From Bacteroidales bacterium (GTDB taxonomy: Bacteria; Bacteroidota; Bacteroidia; Bacteroidales; WCHB1-69): a DNA stretch of 64,000 bases. Location of the stretch: the NCBI GenBank assembly GCA_045132235.1, contig JBGURX010000038.1, positions 5,708 through 69,707 of the forward strand, read 5' to 3'. The notes beneath the pieces were generated by a model. That model was not told the DNA's origin. It did no database searches and saw only the letters and a list, made by a program, of their open reading frames with translations. Positions within the stretch are counted from its first letter, which is position 1. Every line of letters begins with the position of its first letter. Shown here piece by piece: positions 10,122-19,806 of the stretch. Both the position numbers and the translations under genes were made by a program.

Positions 10122-10176
10122 CGAAGTATCTTTTTGTCAATCAATTCAATAATAACTTACTAAACTCAAATGTACT

Positions 10177-10893
10177 ATGAAAAAGTTTTTCAACATTCCA
10201 CGCGGCGAATTCATTGCGACAGCGGTGTTGCTCGCCCTCATCATTGCAGTTTTTTCAGCCTATTGTCTGTACGACACGAAAGCGGCGGGGCCGGCTGACT
10301 TGGACAAATTCCGCAGCAAGGTGGAGCGATTTTACGCGGAGCAACAGGCGGCGGACGACTCGGCGCGGGCCGCGCGGGAAAAGCGGTGGCAGCGGGGATG
10401 GAACGGCAAAGGGGGCGGATACTGGCGGGATGACACCATCCGCGGGCGGGGCGACAGCAGCAAGTTCCAGCCGTACCGTCCACAGTATGAAATTGTGAAA
10501 ATCGACCTCAACCGCTGCGACACCAGCGACATCATGCGGGTGCCCACCTTCGGCAGCAAGCGGGCGCAGAAGCTGGTGGAGTATCGCGAGCGGCTTGGTG
10601 GGTTTCACTCCCTCTCGCAACTTCAGGAAGTCTATGTTCTTCAGAATGTTGACCTTGAACTCTGCAAAAAACATTTCACCCTCTCCCCTGCCCACATCCG
10701 GAAAATCCACATCAACACAGCCACTTACAAAGAACTGATTGCCCATCCTTACATGGATGCCTATCTCACCAAAACCATCCTCAGTTATCGCGATAAAAAC
10801 GGGAAAATCAACAACATGGAAGAATTCCAACGTATCACACACGCTTATAAGGAGTTAGTGGAACGACTCCGACCCTATCTCGACTTCGATTAG
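10177..10893 (+). CDS. ComEA-like helix-hairpin-helix DNA-binding membrane protein
   Basis: 238 aa. N-terminal TM helix, then two HhH-like units (DLNRCDTSDIMRVPTFGSKRAQKLVEYRERLGGF and INTATYKELIAHPYMDAYLTKTILSYR). Confidence 0.7.
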   Translation: MKKFFNIPRGEFIATAVLLALIIAVFSAYCLYDTKAAGPADLDKFRSKVERFYAEQQAADDSARAAREKRWQRGWNGKGGGYWRDDTIRGRGDSSKFQPYRPQYEIVKIDLNRCDTSDIMRVPTFGSKRAQKLVEYRERLGGFHSLSQLQEVYVLQNVDLELCKKHFTLSPAHIRKIHINTATYKELIAHPYMDAYLTKTILSYRDKNGKINNMEEFQRITHAYKELVERLRPYLDFD

Positions 10894-10932
10894 CGCAGGT
10901 AATTTTTTTGTTTTTCATATTAAAATATATTG

Positions 10933-10940
10933 TACTTTTG
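10933..10940 (+). promoter_or_regulatory. -7 box (TAnnTTTG) for hppA
   Basis: TACTTTTG lies 60 nt upstream of the ATG at 11001. Confidence 0.5.
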
Positions 10941-11000
10941 CAAGTTAAAATCTGATTTTAAAGGAAATTATTAAAATATTAAATATCAAAATTTTACAAA

Positions 11001-13442
11001 ATGAAAAAGTATTTATTACTGCTGTCTGCGCTGGCCTGTCCCTTCCTTTTGTCGGCCAGTGAGGCGGATTTGACGCTTCCGAACTTCAAAGATGTCACCT
11101 TTTTCAACGGTGCAGTCACCGGGCAGGCACTCCTGCTCTGGGGTTCCATCATCGTGCTTCTCGGACTATTGTTCGGGTTGTTCCAGGCACTGAGAATCAA
11201 GAAACATCCCGTACACCGTGCGATGAAGAGCGTGTCGAACACCATTTACGAGACCTGCAAGACCTACCTGCTGCAGCAGGGCAAGTTCCTGCTCATCCTG
11301 TTTGTCATCATCGGGGCAGTCATTTGCTTCTATTTCGGCGGATTGAACCACATGTCCATCGACCGCATCCTGCTCATCCTGCTGTGGACGATCTTGGGTA
11401 TCGGCGGTTCCTATGCCGTGGCATGGTTCGGCATCCGCATCAACACATGGGCCAACTGCCGCACCTCCTTTGCTTCATTGGAGGGCAAGCCGTGGCCGGT
11501 GGTGAAGCTCCCCCTCCAGTCGGGCATGAGCGTCGGTTTGCTGCTCATCACCATCGAGCTGATTCTGATGCTTGTCATCCTGCTGTTCATCCCCAAAGAC
11601 AGCGCCGGTGCATGTCTGATCGGTTTTGCTATTGGTGAATCGCTGGGTGCCAGTGCCTTGCGTATTGCCGGTGGTATCTTCACCAAGATTGCCGACATTG
11701 GTTCCGACCTGATGAAAGTGATTTTCAAGATTGGCGAGGATGACCCGCGCAACCCGGGTGTCATTGCCGACTGCACGGGTGACAATGCCGGTGACAGCGT
11801 AGGCCCCACCGCCGACGGTTTCGAGACCTATGGTGTGACGGGCGTGGCCCTCATCTCGTTCATCATCCTTGCACTCGCCTCCAGTCCCGAGCTGCAGGCT
11901 CTTCTGATTGTCTGGATTTTCGCCATGCGTATCCTCATGGTGTTCACCTCCGTTTTCTCCTACGGTATCAACCAGTGGATTTCCGCTGCCAAATACAAGA
12001 AAGCCAGCAACTTCAACTTTGAAGCCCCGCTCACCTCTTTGGTATGGATCACCTCCATCATCTCCATCATTGTGACGTATGCCATCAGCTATCTGCTGCT
12101 CAACAACTACCAGATTGCGGCCACAGACTCTCTGATTGGCGGTTTGCAGCCTGACCCGAGCATGTGGTGGCGTTTGGCCTCCATCATCAGTTTGGGTACG
12201 CTGGCGGCGGCCATCATTCCCGAGCTCACCAAGGCATTCACCAGTTCCAACTCCCGCCACGTGCAGGAGGTAGTGACAGCCTCGCGCGAGGGCGGTTCCT
12301 CTCTCACCATCCTTTCCGGTATGGTAGCCGGCAACTTCAGTGCCTTCTGGAAAGGCCTTGTGATGATGGGCCTGATGTTTGTCGCTTTCATGGTTTCCTG
12401 CAGCGGTCTCAACATCTTCGGCGACTACTCCGCCATCTTCGCCTTCGGCCTTGTGGCCTTCGGTTTCCTCGGCATGGGTCCCGTGACCATCGCGGTGGAC
12501 AGCTACGGACCGGTAACCGACAATGCACAGTCGGTGTTCGAGCTTTCGCAGATTGAAAGCATCCCCGCCATCAAGTCCGACATCGAGAAAGAGTACGGCT
12601 TTGTACCGAACTTTGAGAAGGGCAAGTACTTCTTGGAGGCCAACGACGGAGCCGGTAACACCTTCAAGGCCACGGCCAAGCCCGTGCTCATCGGCACGGC
12701 AGTGGTCGGTGCCACCACCATGATTTTCGCCATCATCCTGATGCTCAAGAAAGCAGGTCTGCTGGACCTCAGTCTGACGAACGCTCCGGTCATCCTCGGT
12801 TTCATCACCGGCGGTGCGGTCATCTACTGGTTCAGCGGTGCCTCCATGCAGGCCGTCACCACGGGTGCCTACCGTGCAGTGGAGTTCATCAAGCAGAACC
12901 TCAATCTCGACAAGAGCGAGGCCGACATCGAGGATTCAAAGACCGTGGTGAGAATCTGCACCCGCTATGCACAGCAGGGCATGTGGAACATCTTCGCCGT
13001 GATTTTCTGCCTCACCTTGGCTTTCGCCTTCTTCGACCCCAACTTCTTCGTTTCCTACCTCATCTCACTGGCTGTGTTCGGTCTGTTCCAAGCCATCTAC
13101 ATGGCCAATGCCGGTGGTGCGTGGGATAACGCCAAGAAGGTAGTGGAAGTGGACTTGCAGGAGAAAAACACTGATCTGCACGCCGCCACGGTGGTGGGCG
13201 ACACGGTGGGTGACCCCTATAAGGACACCTCTTCCGTGGCCATGAACCCCATCATCAAGTTCTCCACGCTGTTCGGCATGCTGGCCGCGGAAATCGCCGT
13301 GGTGATGAAGCTGGCCGCCCAGAATGGTGACGCGACCGACTACACTCCCTACATCGGCGCTGCATTCCTCGTGGTGGGTTTAGTGTTTGTGTATCGTTCC
13401 TTCTACGGCATGAGAATCAAAACCGAGAAAAAGAAAAAATAG
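11001..13442 (+). CDS. hppA: Membrane-bound ion-translocating pyrophosphatase
   Basis: 813 aa polytopic protein with the M-PPase motifs GDNAGDSVGPTADGFETYG and VGDTVGDPYKDTSSVAMNPIIKF. Confidence 0.95.
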   Translation: MKKYLLLLSALACPFLLSASEADLTLPNFKDVTFFNGAVTGQALLLWGSIIVLLGLLFGLFQALRIKKHPVHRAMKSVSNTIYETCKTYLLQQGKFLLILFVIIGAVICFYFGGLNHMSIDRILLILLWTILGIGGSYAVAWFGIRINTWANCRTSFASLEGKPWPVVKLPLQSGMSVGLLLITIELILMLVILLFIPKDSAGACLIGFAIGESLGASALRIAGGIFTKIADIGSDLMKVIFKIGEDDPRNPGVIADCTGDNAGDSVGPTADGFETYGVTGVALISFIILALASSPELQALLIVWIFAMRILMVFTSVFSYGINQWISAAKYKKASNFNFEAPLTSLVWITSIISIIVTYAISYLLLNNYQIAATDSLIGGLQPDPSMWWRLASIISLGTLAAAIIPELTKAFTSSNSRHVQEVVTASREGGSSLTILSGMVAGNFSAFWKGLVMMGLMFVAFMVSCSGLNIFGDYSAIFAFGLVAFGFLGMGPVTIAVDSYGPVTDNAQSVFELSQIESIPAIKSDIEKEYGFVPNFEKGKYFLEANDGAGNTFKATAKPVLIGTAVVGATTMIFAIILMLKKAGLLDLSLTNAPVILGFITGGAVIYWFSGASMQAVTTGAYRAVEFIKQNLNLDKSEADIEDSKTVVRICTRYAQQGMWNIFAVIFCLTLAFAFFDPNFFVSYLISLAVFGLFQAIYMANAGGAWDNAKKVVEVDLQEKNTDLHAATVVGDTVGDPYKDTSSVAMNPIIKFSTLFGMLAAEIAVVMKLAAQNGDATDYTPYIGAAFLVVGLVFVYRSFYGMRIKTEKKKK

Positions 13443-13486
13443 TCTGACGGCTATACATATTTATTATTCATTTAATAAGCAAAAAA

Positions 13487-14632
13487 ATGAAGCGAATCCT
13501 TCCGTTCCTTCTTGTCGCCCTTGCAGCGACCTTCCTTACCGCATGCAGCAACAGCAAAGCCAAAAACGACGAAGCCATCAAGGTGGCCGACGACGAGGTG
13601 ATTGTCTATTTCTGCAAAGACATCACCCCCGAGAACATTCTGAAGCTGTACGAGGCTTTGGGCGTGAAGCATGAGGGCAAGATCGGCCTGAAGGTGCACT
13701 TTGGGGAGGATGGCAACCAGAACTTCCTGAACCCCGAACTGTTGCGCCCGCTGGTGAAAAAGACGAACGCCACTTTTGTGGAGACCAACGTGCTGTATGT
13801 CAGCAAGCGCCGTTTCACCGACCAGCACATCGCCTTGGCCAAGGAGCACGGCTTCACCTTCGCACCCATCGACATATTGGATGCGGACGGGGAGATTGAA
13901 TACGATGCCAAGGGGCTGAAGCATTTCGACAAGATCAAGACGGGAAGTCATTTCGCCAATTACGATGCCTACATCATCTATTCGCACTTCAAAGGTCACG
14001 GTTCGGCCGGTTTCGGCGGGGCCATCAAGAACGTGTCGATGGGGTTCGCCTCGCCGGGCGGCAAAATGGCCATGCATGCCTCGAACGTGCCGGCGGTCAG
14101 GAACGGCCACAAATGCGTGCACTGCAACCGCTGTGTGCAGCAGTGTCCGGCCAACGCCATCGTGCTCACCGAAGGCGGTCCTGTGATCGACAGCAGCAAG
14201 TGCCTTGGCTGCGCCAAGTGCATCGCGGAATGCGGCTTCGGCATCTTCAGTCCCGACAAATTCAGTTCGGGAGAGGAATTCCTCGAGAAGCTGGTGGAAT
14301 ATGCGAAGGTGTTTGTGGAGCAGAAGCCGATGGTGTTCATCAACGTGATGGACAACATCTCAAAGACGTGCGACTGCTCTGCGAAGGCCCCGAAGCCCTT
14401 CATGGACAAAATCGGGGCGGTGGCTTCTACCGACATTGTGGCTGTAGATATGGTCTGCCACGAGCTGTGTGCCAAGAAACAGCACACCGAAGATGCCTTC
14501 AAGGATGTGAACGACGTGAGCGGACTCGGGCAGTGCGAATACGCTGCCAAATTAGGCATGGGCAAGACAAAATACGTGCTGGTGGATGTCACCACCGGCA
14601 AGCGCATCACCCTGGAGGAAGCGTTGAAATAG
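13487..14632 (+). CDS. DUF362-like protein with two 4Fe-4S ferredoxin-type motifs and a lipoprotein-like N-terminus
   Basis: 381 aa with CVHCNRCVQQCP and CLGCAKCIAEC cluster motifs. The N-terminus MKRILPFLLVALAATFLTAC resembles a signal peptidase II lipobox. Confidence 0.65.
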   Translation: MKRILPFLLVALAATFLTACSNSKAKNDEAIKVADDEVIVYFCKDITPENILKLYEALGVKHEGKIGLKVHFGEDGNQNFLNPELLRPLVKKTNATFVETNVLYVSKRRFTDQHIALAKEHGFTFAPIDILDADGEIEYDAKGLKHFDKIKTGSHFANYDAYIIYSHFKGHGSAGFGGAIKNVSMGFASPGGKMAMHASNVPAVRNGHKCVHCNRCVQQCPANAIVLTEGGPVIDSSKCLGCAKCIAECGFGIFSPDKFSSGEEFLEKLVEYAKVFVEQKPMVFINVMDNISKTCDCSAKAPKPFMDKIGAVASTDIVAVDMVCHELCAKKQHTEDAFKDVNDVSGLGQCEYAAKLGMGKTKYVLVDVTTGKRITLEEALK

Positions 14633-14653
14633 AGCTTGAGGAGGCAGACCGGC

Positions 14654-15757
14654 ATGTACCTTCACTCCATTCAGATCACCAACTTCAAGAACTACGAACA
14701 GGCGGATTTCACCTTTTCGGAGAATGTGAATGCGGTGGTGGGCGACAACGGGTCGGGCAAGACCAACCTGCTGGATGCCATCCACTACTTATCGTTTTGC
14801 AAGAGTTACTTCTCGGCACAGGACCAGCAGTCGGTGCGGTTTGACACCGATTTTTTCGCGATACACGGAGAGTTTGTCGGGCAGCAGGACGAGCGCACGC
14901 GGCGGGTGAGCTGCATCTACAAGGCGGGCGGTCGCAAGGTGATGAAGCTGAACCAGAAGGAGTATGAGCGGCTGAGCGAGCACATCGGGGCATTCCCCTC
15001 CATCATGGTGGCGCCGGTGGACAGCAACCTGATCCACGAGGGCAGCGAGTTGCGCCGCAAGTTCTTCGACATGATCATCTCGCAGTTCGACAAGGAGTAC
15101 CTGCAGTCGCTGATTGCATACCAGAAGTTGCTGGCGCAACGCAACTCGCTGCTGAAACAGATGTTCGAGCAGGGGCACTACGATCGTTCGCTGGTGCAGA
15201 TTTACGACCTGCAGATGGCACCGCTGGCGCAGTCGGTGCATGAGCGGAGAGGGGCTTTTCTTTCTGATATACAGCCTATTTTCCAAAAGCATTACGAGTT
15301 TCTGGCCGACAGTCGCGAAGAGGTGGGCATTGCTTACCAGTCGGCGCTGCACGAGGCGACGATGGAGGAGTTGCTGCGCAGGAACGAGCAGGCGGATTTC
15401 AGAAGCGGTTTCACCTGCGCGGGGGTGCACAAAGACGACTACGAATTCGTGATGAACGGAAAAAATGTCCGAAAGTACAGTTCGCAGGGGCAGCAGAAAA
15501 CCTTCCTATTGGCACTGAAACTCACGCAGTTTGACTATATTTTCGAGAAAAAAAAGGTAAAACCCATCCTTTTATTAGACGATATTTTCGACAAACTAGA
15601 CGAGAAACGCATTCAAAAACTTTTGTATTTAGTTGGGAATGAACACTTTGGACAAGTATTTCTTTCCGATACCGACCCCAAGAGAGTGGAGCGGATTTTG
15701 ACGGCTCACGACATCAGTCACAAGATTTTCACCATCACCAGCCATCCTTCAGTTTAA
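14654..15757 (+). CDS. recF: DNA replication and repair protein RecF
   Basis: MYLHSIQITNFKNY start, Walker A GDNGSGKTNLLDAI, and C-terminal LLLDDIFDKLD Walker B-like motif. Start moved from 14636 to the ATG at 14654. Confidence 0.9.
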   Translation: MYLHSIQITNFKNYEQADFTFSENVNAVVGDNGSGKTNLLDAIHYLSFCKSYFSAQDQQSVRFDTDFFAIHGEFVGQQDERTRRVSCIYKAGGRKVMKLNQKEYERLSEHIGAFPSIMVAPVDSNLIHEGSELRRKFFDMIISQFDKEYLQSLIAYQKLLAQRNSLLKQMFEQGHYDRSLVQIYDLQMAPLAQSVHERRGAFLSDIQPIFQKHYEFLADSREEVGIAYQSALHEATMEELLRRNEQADFRSGFTCAGVHKDDYEFVMNGKNVRKYSSQGQQKTFLLALKLTQFDYIFEKKKVKPILLLDDIFDKLDEKRIQKLLYLVGNEHFGQVFLSDTDPKRVERILTAHDISHKIFTITSHPSV

Positions 15758-15849
15758 TTTTGTAAAAAATAAATCATTGTCTATCAATTTTATAAGAATT
15801 ATAACAGAAAAATATGAAAGACGATGATTCCCCAATCAAAAAAAAGTAG

Positions 15850-15857
15850 TACTTTTG
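15850..15857 (+). promoter_or_regulatory. -7 box (TAnnTTTG) for acpP
   Basis: TACTTTTG lies 24 nt upstream of the ATG at 15882. Confidence 0.5.
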
Positions 15858-15881
15858 CACAAATTTTTAAAGTGAATTACA

Positions 15882-16118
15882 ATGGAAGAATTGATCGAAG
15901 AAGTAAAAGAAATCATCGCAGAGAAATTAAGCGTTGACAAAGAAGACATCACCTTGGAGAAGAGTTTCACCGCTGACCTTGGTGCTGATTCGCTTGACAC
16001 TGTCGAATTGATTATGGAATTCGAGAAGAAGTTCAACATCACGATTCCTGATGAAGTGAGCGAAACGATTCACACGGTTGGCGACGCTGTAGAATACATC
16101 AAGAATAACCGCAAATAA
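15882..16118 (+). CDS. acpP: Acyl carrier protein
   Basis: 78 aa with the phosphopantetheine attachment motif [14 protein letters not shown]. Confidence 0.95.
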   Translation: MEELIEEVKEIIAEKLSVDKEDITLEKSFTADLGADSLDTVELIMEFEKKFNITIPDEVSETIHTVGDAVEYIKNNRK

Positions 16119-16135
16119 CACTTTCCCCTCATCGT

Positions 16136-17380
16136 ATGGAATTGCGACGAGTTGTTGTTACCGGTATCGGAGCTCTGACACCGATTGGTAATAATGTTGC
16201 CGAATATTGGGGCGGTCTCCTTACCGGGAGAAACGGTGTCAATTACATCACGCACTTTGACGCGAGCGGGTACAAGACCACTTTTGCCTGCGAGTTGAAG
16301 GGTTTTGACATGTCGAAATACATGGACCCGCGTGAGGCCCGCAAGATGGACAACTGTTCCCTCTATGCGATTGCCGCCTCAGTGGAGGCCATGACGGATG
16401 CAGGGCTTGCACCCGGAACCTACAATCCCGACCGTGCGGGAGCCATCATCGGCACTGGCATCGGCGGGGTGACCACCAGTTCGTACGAGATCTTCGACGA
16501 GGCCGCACGGGGTGGAGTTCCGAAGTACAGCCCGTTTTTCATTCTCCGTTCGTTAAGCAACATGATTGCCGGCAACCTCTCGCTCCGCTTCGGACTAAGG
16601 GGGCCGGCCTACATCGTTTCCGCTGCCTGCACATCGGCGGCGGTGGCGTTGTGGAATGCCTGCAATTTCATCCGGTCGGGACAGTGCGACCTGATTCTCA
16701 CGGGCGGCACGGAGGCCGGCATTGCGCCGGTGGGCATCGGCGGCTTCAACAGCATGCGTGCCCTCTCCACCCGCAACGACGACATCCGCACCGCATCACG
16801 CCCCTTTTCCATCGGGCGCGACGGTTTCGTGATGGGAGAAGGATCCGGCATCCTGATACTGGAGGAGTATGAACACGCGGTCAAGCGCGGCGCCAAGATA
16901 TACGCCGAAGTGGCCGGCATCGGACTCACCTCCGACGCCTACCACTCGACCCATCCGCGTCCGGACGGCGCCGGTGCCCGTCTGGCCATGAAACTCGCCT
17001 TGCAGGAAGGCCGTATCGCCCCGGAAGATGTGAAACACATCAACACGCACGGCACCTCCACCCCGCTGGGCGACAGCGCCGAATGCCGCGCCATACAGGA
17101 CCTTTTCGGCACGCATGCCAAAGACATTCTCTTCAACTCCACCAAGTCAATGACCGGTCACCTGATGGGTGCCGGCACCGCCATCGAGAGTATCGCCACC
17201 ATTATGGAGCTCCAGAACGGCGTGGTGCACCCCACCATCAACTTCATGGGACGCGATCCCGAGTTGCCCGACTGGAACTTCTGCATCTACGGTCCAGAGG
17301 AATGTAAAACCGACTATGCCTTGTGTAACGCCTTCGGATTTGGCGGACACAACGCAGCCATTCTTTACAAGAAAATATAA
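16136..17380 (+). CDS. fabF: Beta-ketoacyl-ACP synthase II
   Basis: 414 aa. Active-site Cys context SAACTSAA, HGTSTPLGD, and C-terminal NAFGFGGHNAAIL. Confidence 0.95.
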   Translation: MELRRVVVTGIGALTPIGNNVAEYWGGLLTGRNGVNYITHFDASGYKTTFACELKGFDMSKYMDPREARKMDNCSLYAIAASVEAMTDAGLAPGTYNPDRAGAIIGTGIGGVTTSSYEIFDEAARGGVPKYSPFFILRSLSNMIAGNLSLRFGLRGPAYIVSAACTSAAVALWNACNFIRSGQCDLILTGGTEAGIAPVGIGGFNSMRALSTRNDDIRTASRPFSIGRDGFVMGEGSGILILEEYEHAVKRGAKIYAEVAGIGLTSDAYHSTHPRPDGAGARLAMKLALQEGRIAPEDVKHINTHGTSTPLGDSAECRAIQDLFGTHAKDILFNSTKSMTGHLMGAGTAIESIATIMELQNGVVHPTINFMGRDPELPDWNFCIYGPEECKTDYALCNAFGFGGHNAAILYKKI

Positions 17381-17391
17381 AAACCAGCGTT

Positions 17392-18117
17392 TTGTTCAGC
17401 ATAGGCAAACCCACCGATCCACACGCGAAGGAGATTGCAAAGTTTCTCCGCAACGTCATCGGCATACGCCCCGGCAACCTTGAGATTTACCTCACCGCGC
17501 TGACCCACCGTTCGGCATCGAGCAACGTGATGGAGGGGCATAACCTGAACAACGAACGCCTTGAATATCTGGGAGATGCCGTGTTGGATGCCATCATGGC
17601 AGAATTCCTTTTCAAAAAATATCCTTTGAAATTTGAAGGCGAGCTCACCGAGATGCGCTCCAAATTGGTGAGCCGCGAGCGGCTGGGACAGTTGTCGCGC
17701 AAGATGCACCTCAACGAGCTCATCACCATCAACCCCAACGCCCATGCCAAGTCGGCGGGCGGCGACGCCTTCGAAGCCCTCGTGGGCGCGCTCTTTTTGG
17801 ACAAAGGGTACGAAAAGACCAAGCAGATTGTGCTCAAGAAAATCTTCGAAAGCAACTACAATCTGGACGAGATTGTGAAGGAGGATATCAACTTCAAGAG
17901 CAAGATCATCAACTGGGCACAGCACAACCACAAGAAGGTGGTCTTCGACCATGAGATTGTGGAACAGCGTCGCAACTCGCGGCTCTATCGCGTAAAACTC
18001 ACCCTCGACGGGCAGCCCTGCGCCGAAGGGCTGGAGTACACCATCAAGAAGGCCGAACAGATTGCCGCCCAGCGGGCTTGCGACAAGATTTTCCCCAAAG
18101 AAGAAGAGGAAAAATAA
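17392..18117 (+). CDS. rnc: Ribonuclease III
   Basis: RNase III signature ERLEYLGDAVLD and a C-terminal dsRBD-like segment. The track start is a TTG codon and no nearby ATG exists. The acpP-fabF-rnc order is common in Bacteroidota. Confidence 0.88.
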   Translation: MFSIGKPTDPHAKEIAKFLRNVIGIRPGNLEIYLTALTHRSASSNVMEGHNLNNERLEYLGDAVLDAIMAEFLFKKYPLKFEGELTEMRSKLVSRERLGQLSRKMHLNELITINPNAHAKSAGGDAFEALVGALFLDKGYEKTKQIVLKKIFESNYNLDEIVKEDINFKSKIINWAQHNHKKVVFDHEIVEQRRNSRLYRVKLTLDGQPCAEGLEYTIKKAEQIAAQRACDKIFPKEEEEK

Positions 18118-18129
18118 CTTTCACCCACC

Positions 18130-19713
18130 ATGATACAAATCCGTCCTTTCTGTATCGTCCTTATCGTCACCCTTATATCTTTTTTGACAGGATGCCGGCA
18201 CAAGCCTGACGACAAGAAAGAGGAAACGGTCAAGGGAAACACAGAAAAAACAGCGGCACTTGCTCCCCTACCCGACACCATTTACTCCTCTGTGGAGGCT
18301 TTGGAATACACGATTACCGTGTTTGACTCGCTGACCGACGGGCATTTGGCTTGGATGGAGGACCCCTACACCGAAGCGCCCGGCGTGTTCACCTTCCGCG
18401 GCAACCATCAGCGCAATGCCGACTTCCACGGCACTGTGAAGGGCAGGCCCGACACGGTGGTCATCGACTGGGTGTTCCGCACCGGCTTCGACGAGCGGGT
18501 CACCAGCTTCGGCAGCTGGGGCGGCGGCACCGGATGGACCGGACAGCCGCTGTATGTGGAGTGGCCCGACAGCTGCATGGAGCGGTTCCGCAAAGAGAGT
18601 ACGGCACTCACCAAACACTTTGACAAACAAGAGATTATCATCGGTTCATTGGATGCACACCTTTATTTCATCAACTTCCAGACCGGCGACTCGTCGCGGC
18701 GCAGCTTTTACGTAGGCAACACCATCAAAGGCACGCCCTCGCTGGACCCCGACCTGAACGGCAACCTGTACGTGGGACAGGGAATCCCGTGCGTGCAGCC
18801 CTTCGGCGCGCTGACCTTCAACCTGTTCAGCCACCGGCGGACACAGATGTTCGGACGCGACGGGCGGGCACAGCGGCATTGGCACGCCTACGACTCCTCC
18901 CCCATCCGCGTCGGCCAGTTTCTGTTCCGGCTGGGCGAGAACGGCACCGTTTACAAGTTCCTCTGCACCGGCGACACGCTGAAACTGCACTCCACGCTGC
19001 GCTACCATGCCAAAGGCCGCGGGGCGGCGGGCATCGAATCGTCGATGGCGGTGTATCGCAACTACGGCTATTTCTCTGACAACCATGGCAATATCGTCTG
19101 CATCAACCTCAACAACCTGCAGCCTGTATGGCACTACTTCAACCACGACGACAGCGATGGCACACCCGTTCTGGAAGTGGAAGATGGAATTCCCTATCTC
19201 TATACCGGCTGCGAGATTGACAAACAGCAGACCGGCTACGGTTATCTTACCAAGCTGAATGCCCTCAACGGCGAGGAGGTGTGGTCAACGGCCGTGGAGG
19301 GCTGCAAAGCCACCTTCAACGGCAAGCACTTCGACGGCGGTTTCTATGCCACGCCGCTGTTGGGACAAGGAAACTGTAAACATTTGATATTCGCCAACTT
19401 CGTGCGCAACACTCCGCCAATGTCGGGAGATTTCATGGCCTTCAACAAGCAGACAGGCGAAGTGATTTACCGCATTCCACTTCGATACTACGCATGGTCG
19501 TCGCCCGTCGCCTTGTACAATGAGAACAACGAGATGTTCATCTTCACCGGCGACACCACGGGATACATCTATCTGATTGACGCCGCGACCGGCGAGGTGA
19601 TTTTCAAGAAATTAGTGGGCAATAATTTCGAGTCATCGCCCGTTGTAATTAATAACCATGTGGTGGTGGGCTCGCGCGGACAGGAGATTTATAAGTTTAC
19701 GGTGGGGAGGTGA
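18130..19713 (+). CDS. Lipoprotein with PQQ-like beta-propeller repeats
   Basis: 527 aa with lipobox LISFLTGC. Repeated W/G-rich blades (e.g. LNALNGEEVWS, FNKQTGEVIYR, IDAATGEVIFK) typical of PQQ/BamB-like propellers. Confidence 0.55.
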   Translation: MIQIRPFCIVLIVTLISFLTGCRHKPDDKKEETVKGNTEKTAALAPLPDTIYSSVEALEYTITVFDSLTDGHLAWMEDPYTEAPGVFTFRGNHQRNADFHGTVKGRPDTVVIDWVFRTGFDERVTSFGSWGGGTGWTGQPLYVEWPDSCMERFRKESTALTKHFDKQEIIIGSLDAHLYFINFQTGDSSRRSFYVGNTIKGTPSLDPDLNGNLYVGQGIPCVQPFGALTFNLFSHRRTQMFGRDGRAQRHWHAYDSSPIRVGQFLFRLGENGTVYKFLCTGDTLKLHSTLRYHAKGRGAAGIESSMAVYRNYGYFSDNHGNIVCINLNNLQPVWHYFNHDDSDGTPVLEVEDGIPYLYTGCEIDKQQTGYGYLTKLNALNGEEVWSTAVEGCKATFNGKHFDGGFYATPLLGQGNCKHLIFANFVRNTPPMSGDFMAFNKQTGEVIYRIPLRYYAWSSPVALYNENNEMFIFTGDTTGYIYLIDAATGEVIFKKLVGNNFESSPVVINNHVVVGSRGQEIYKFTVGR

Positions 19714-19714
19714 A

Positions 19715-19788
19715 AATTGAAAGTTGAGAGTTGAGAGTTGAGAGTTGAAAGTTAAGAAGTTAAGAAGTTAAGAAACTAAGAAATTAGG
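19715..19788 (+). repeat. Tandem heptamer/octamer array (AGTTGAG x3-4, then AGTTAAGA x3 plus variants)
   Basis: Read directly: AATTGAA AGTTGAG AGTTGAG AGTTGAG AGTTGAA AGTTAAGA AGTTAAGA AGTTAAGA AACTAAGA AATTAGG, starting 2 nt after the stop of the 18130-19713 gene. Confidence 0.9.
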
Positions 19789-19806
19789 TCATTAAAAAAC
19801 ATAATT

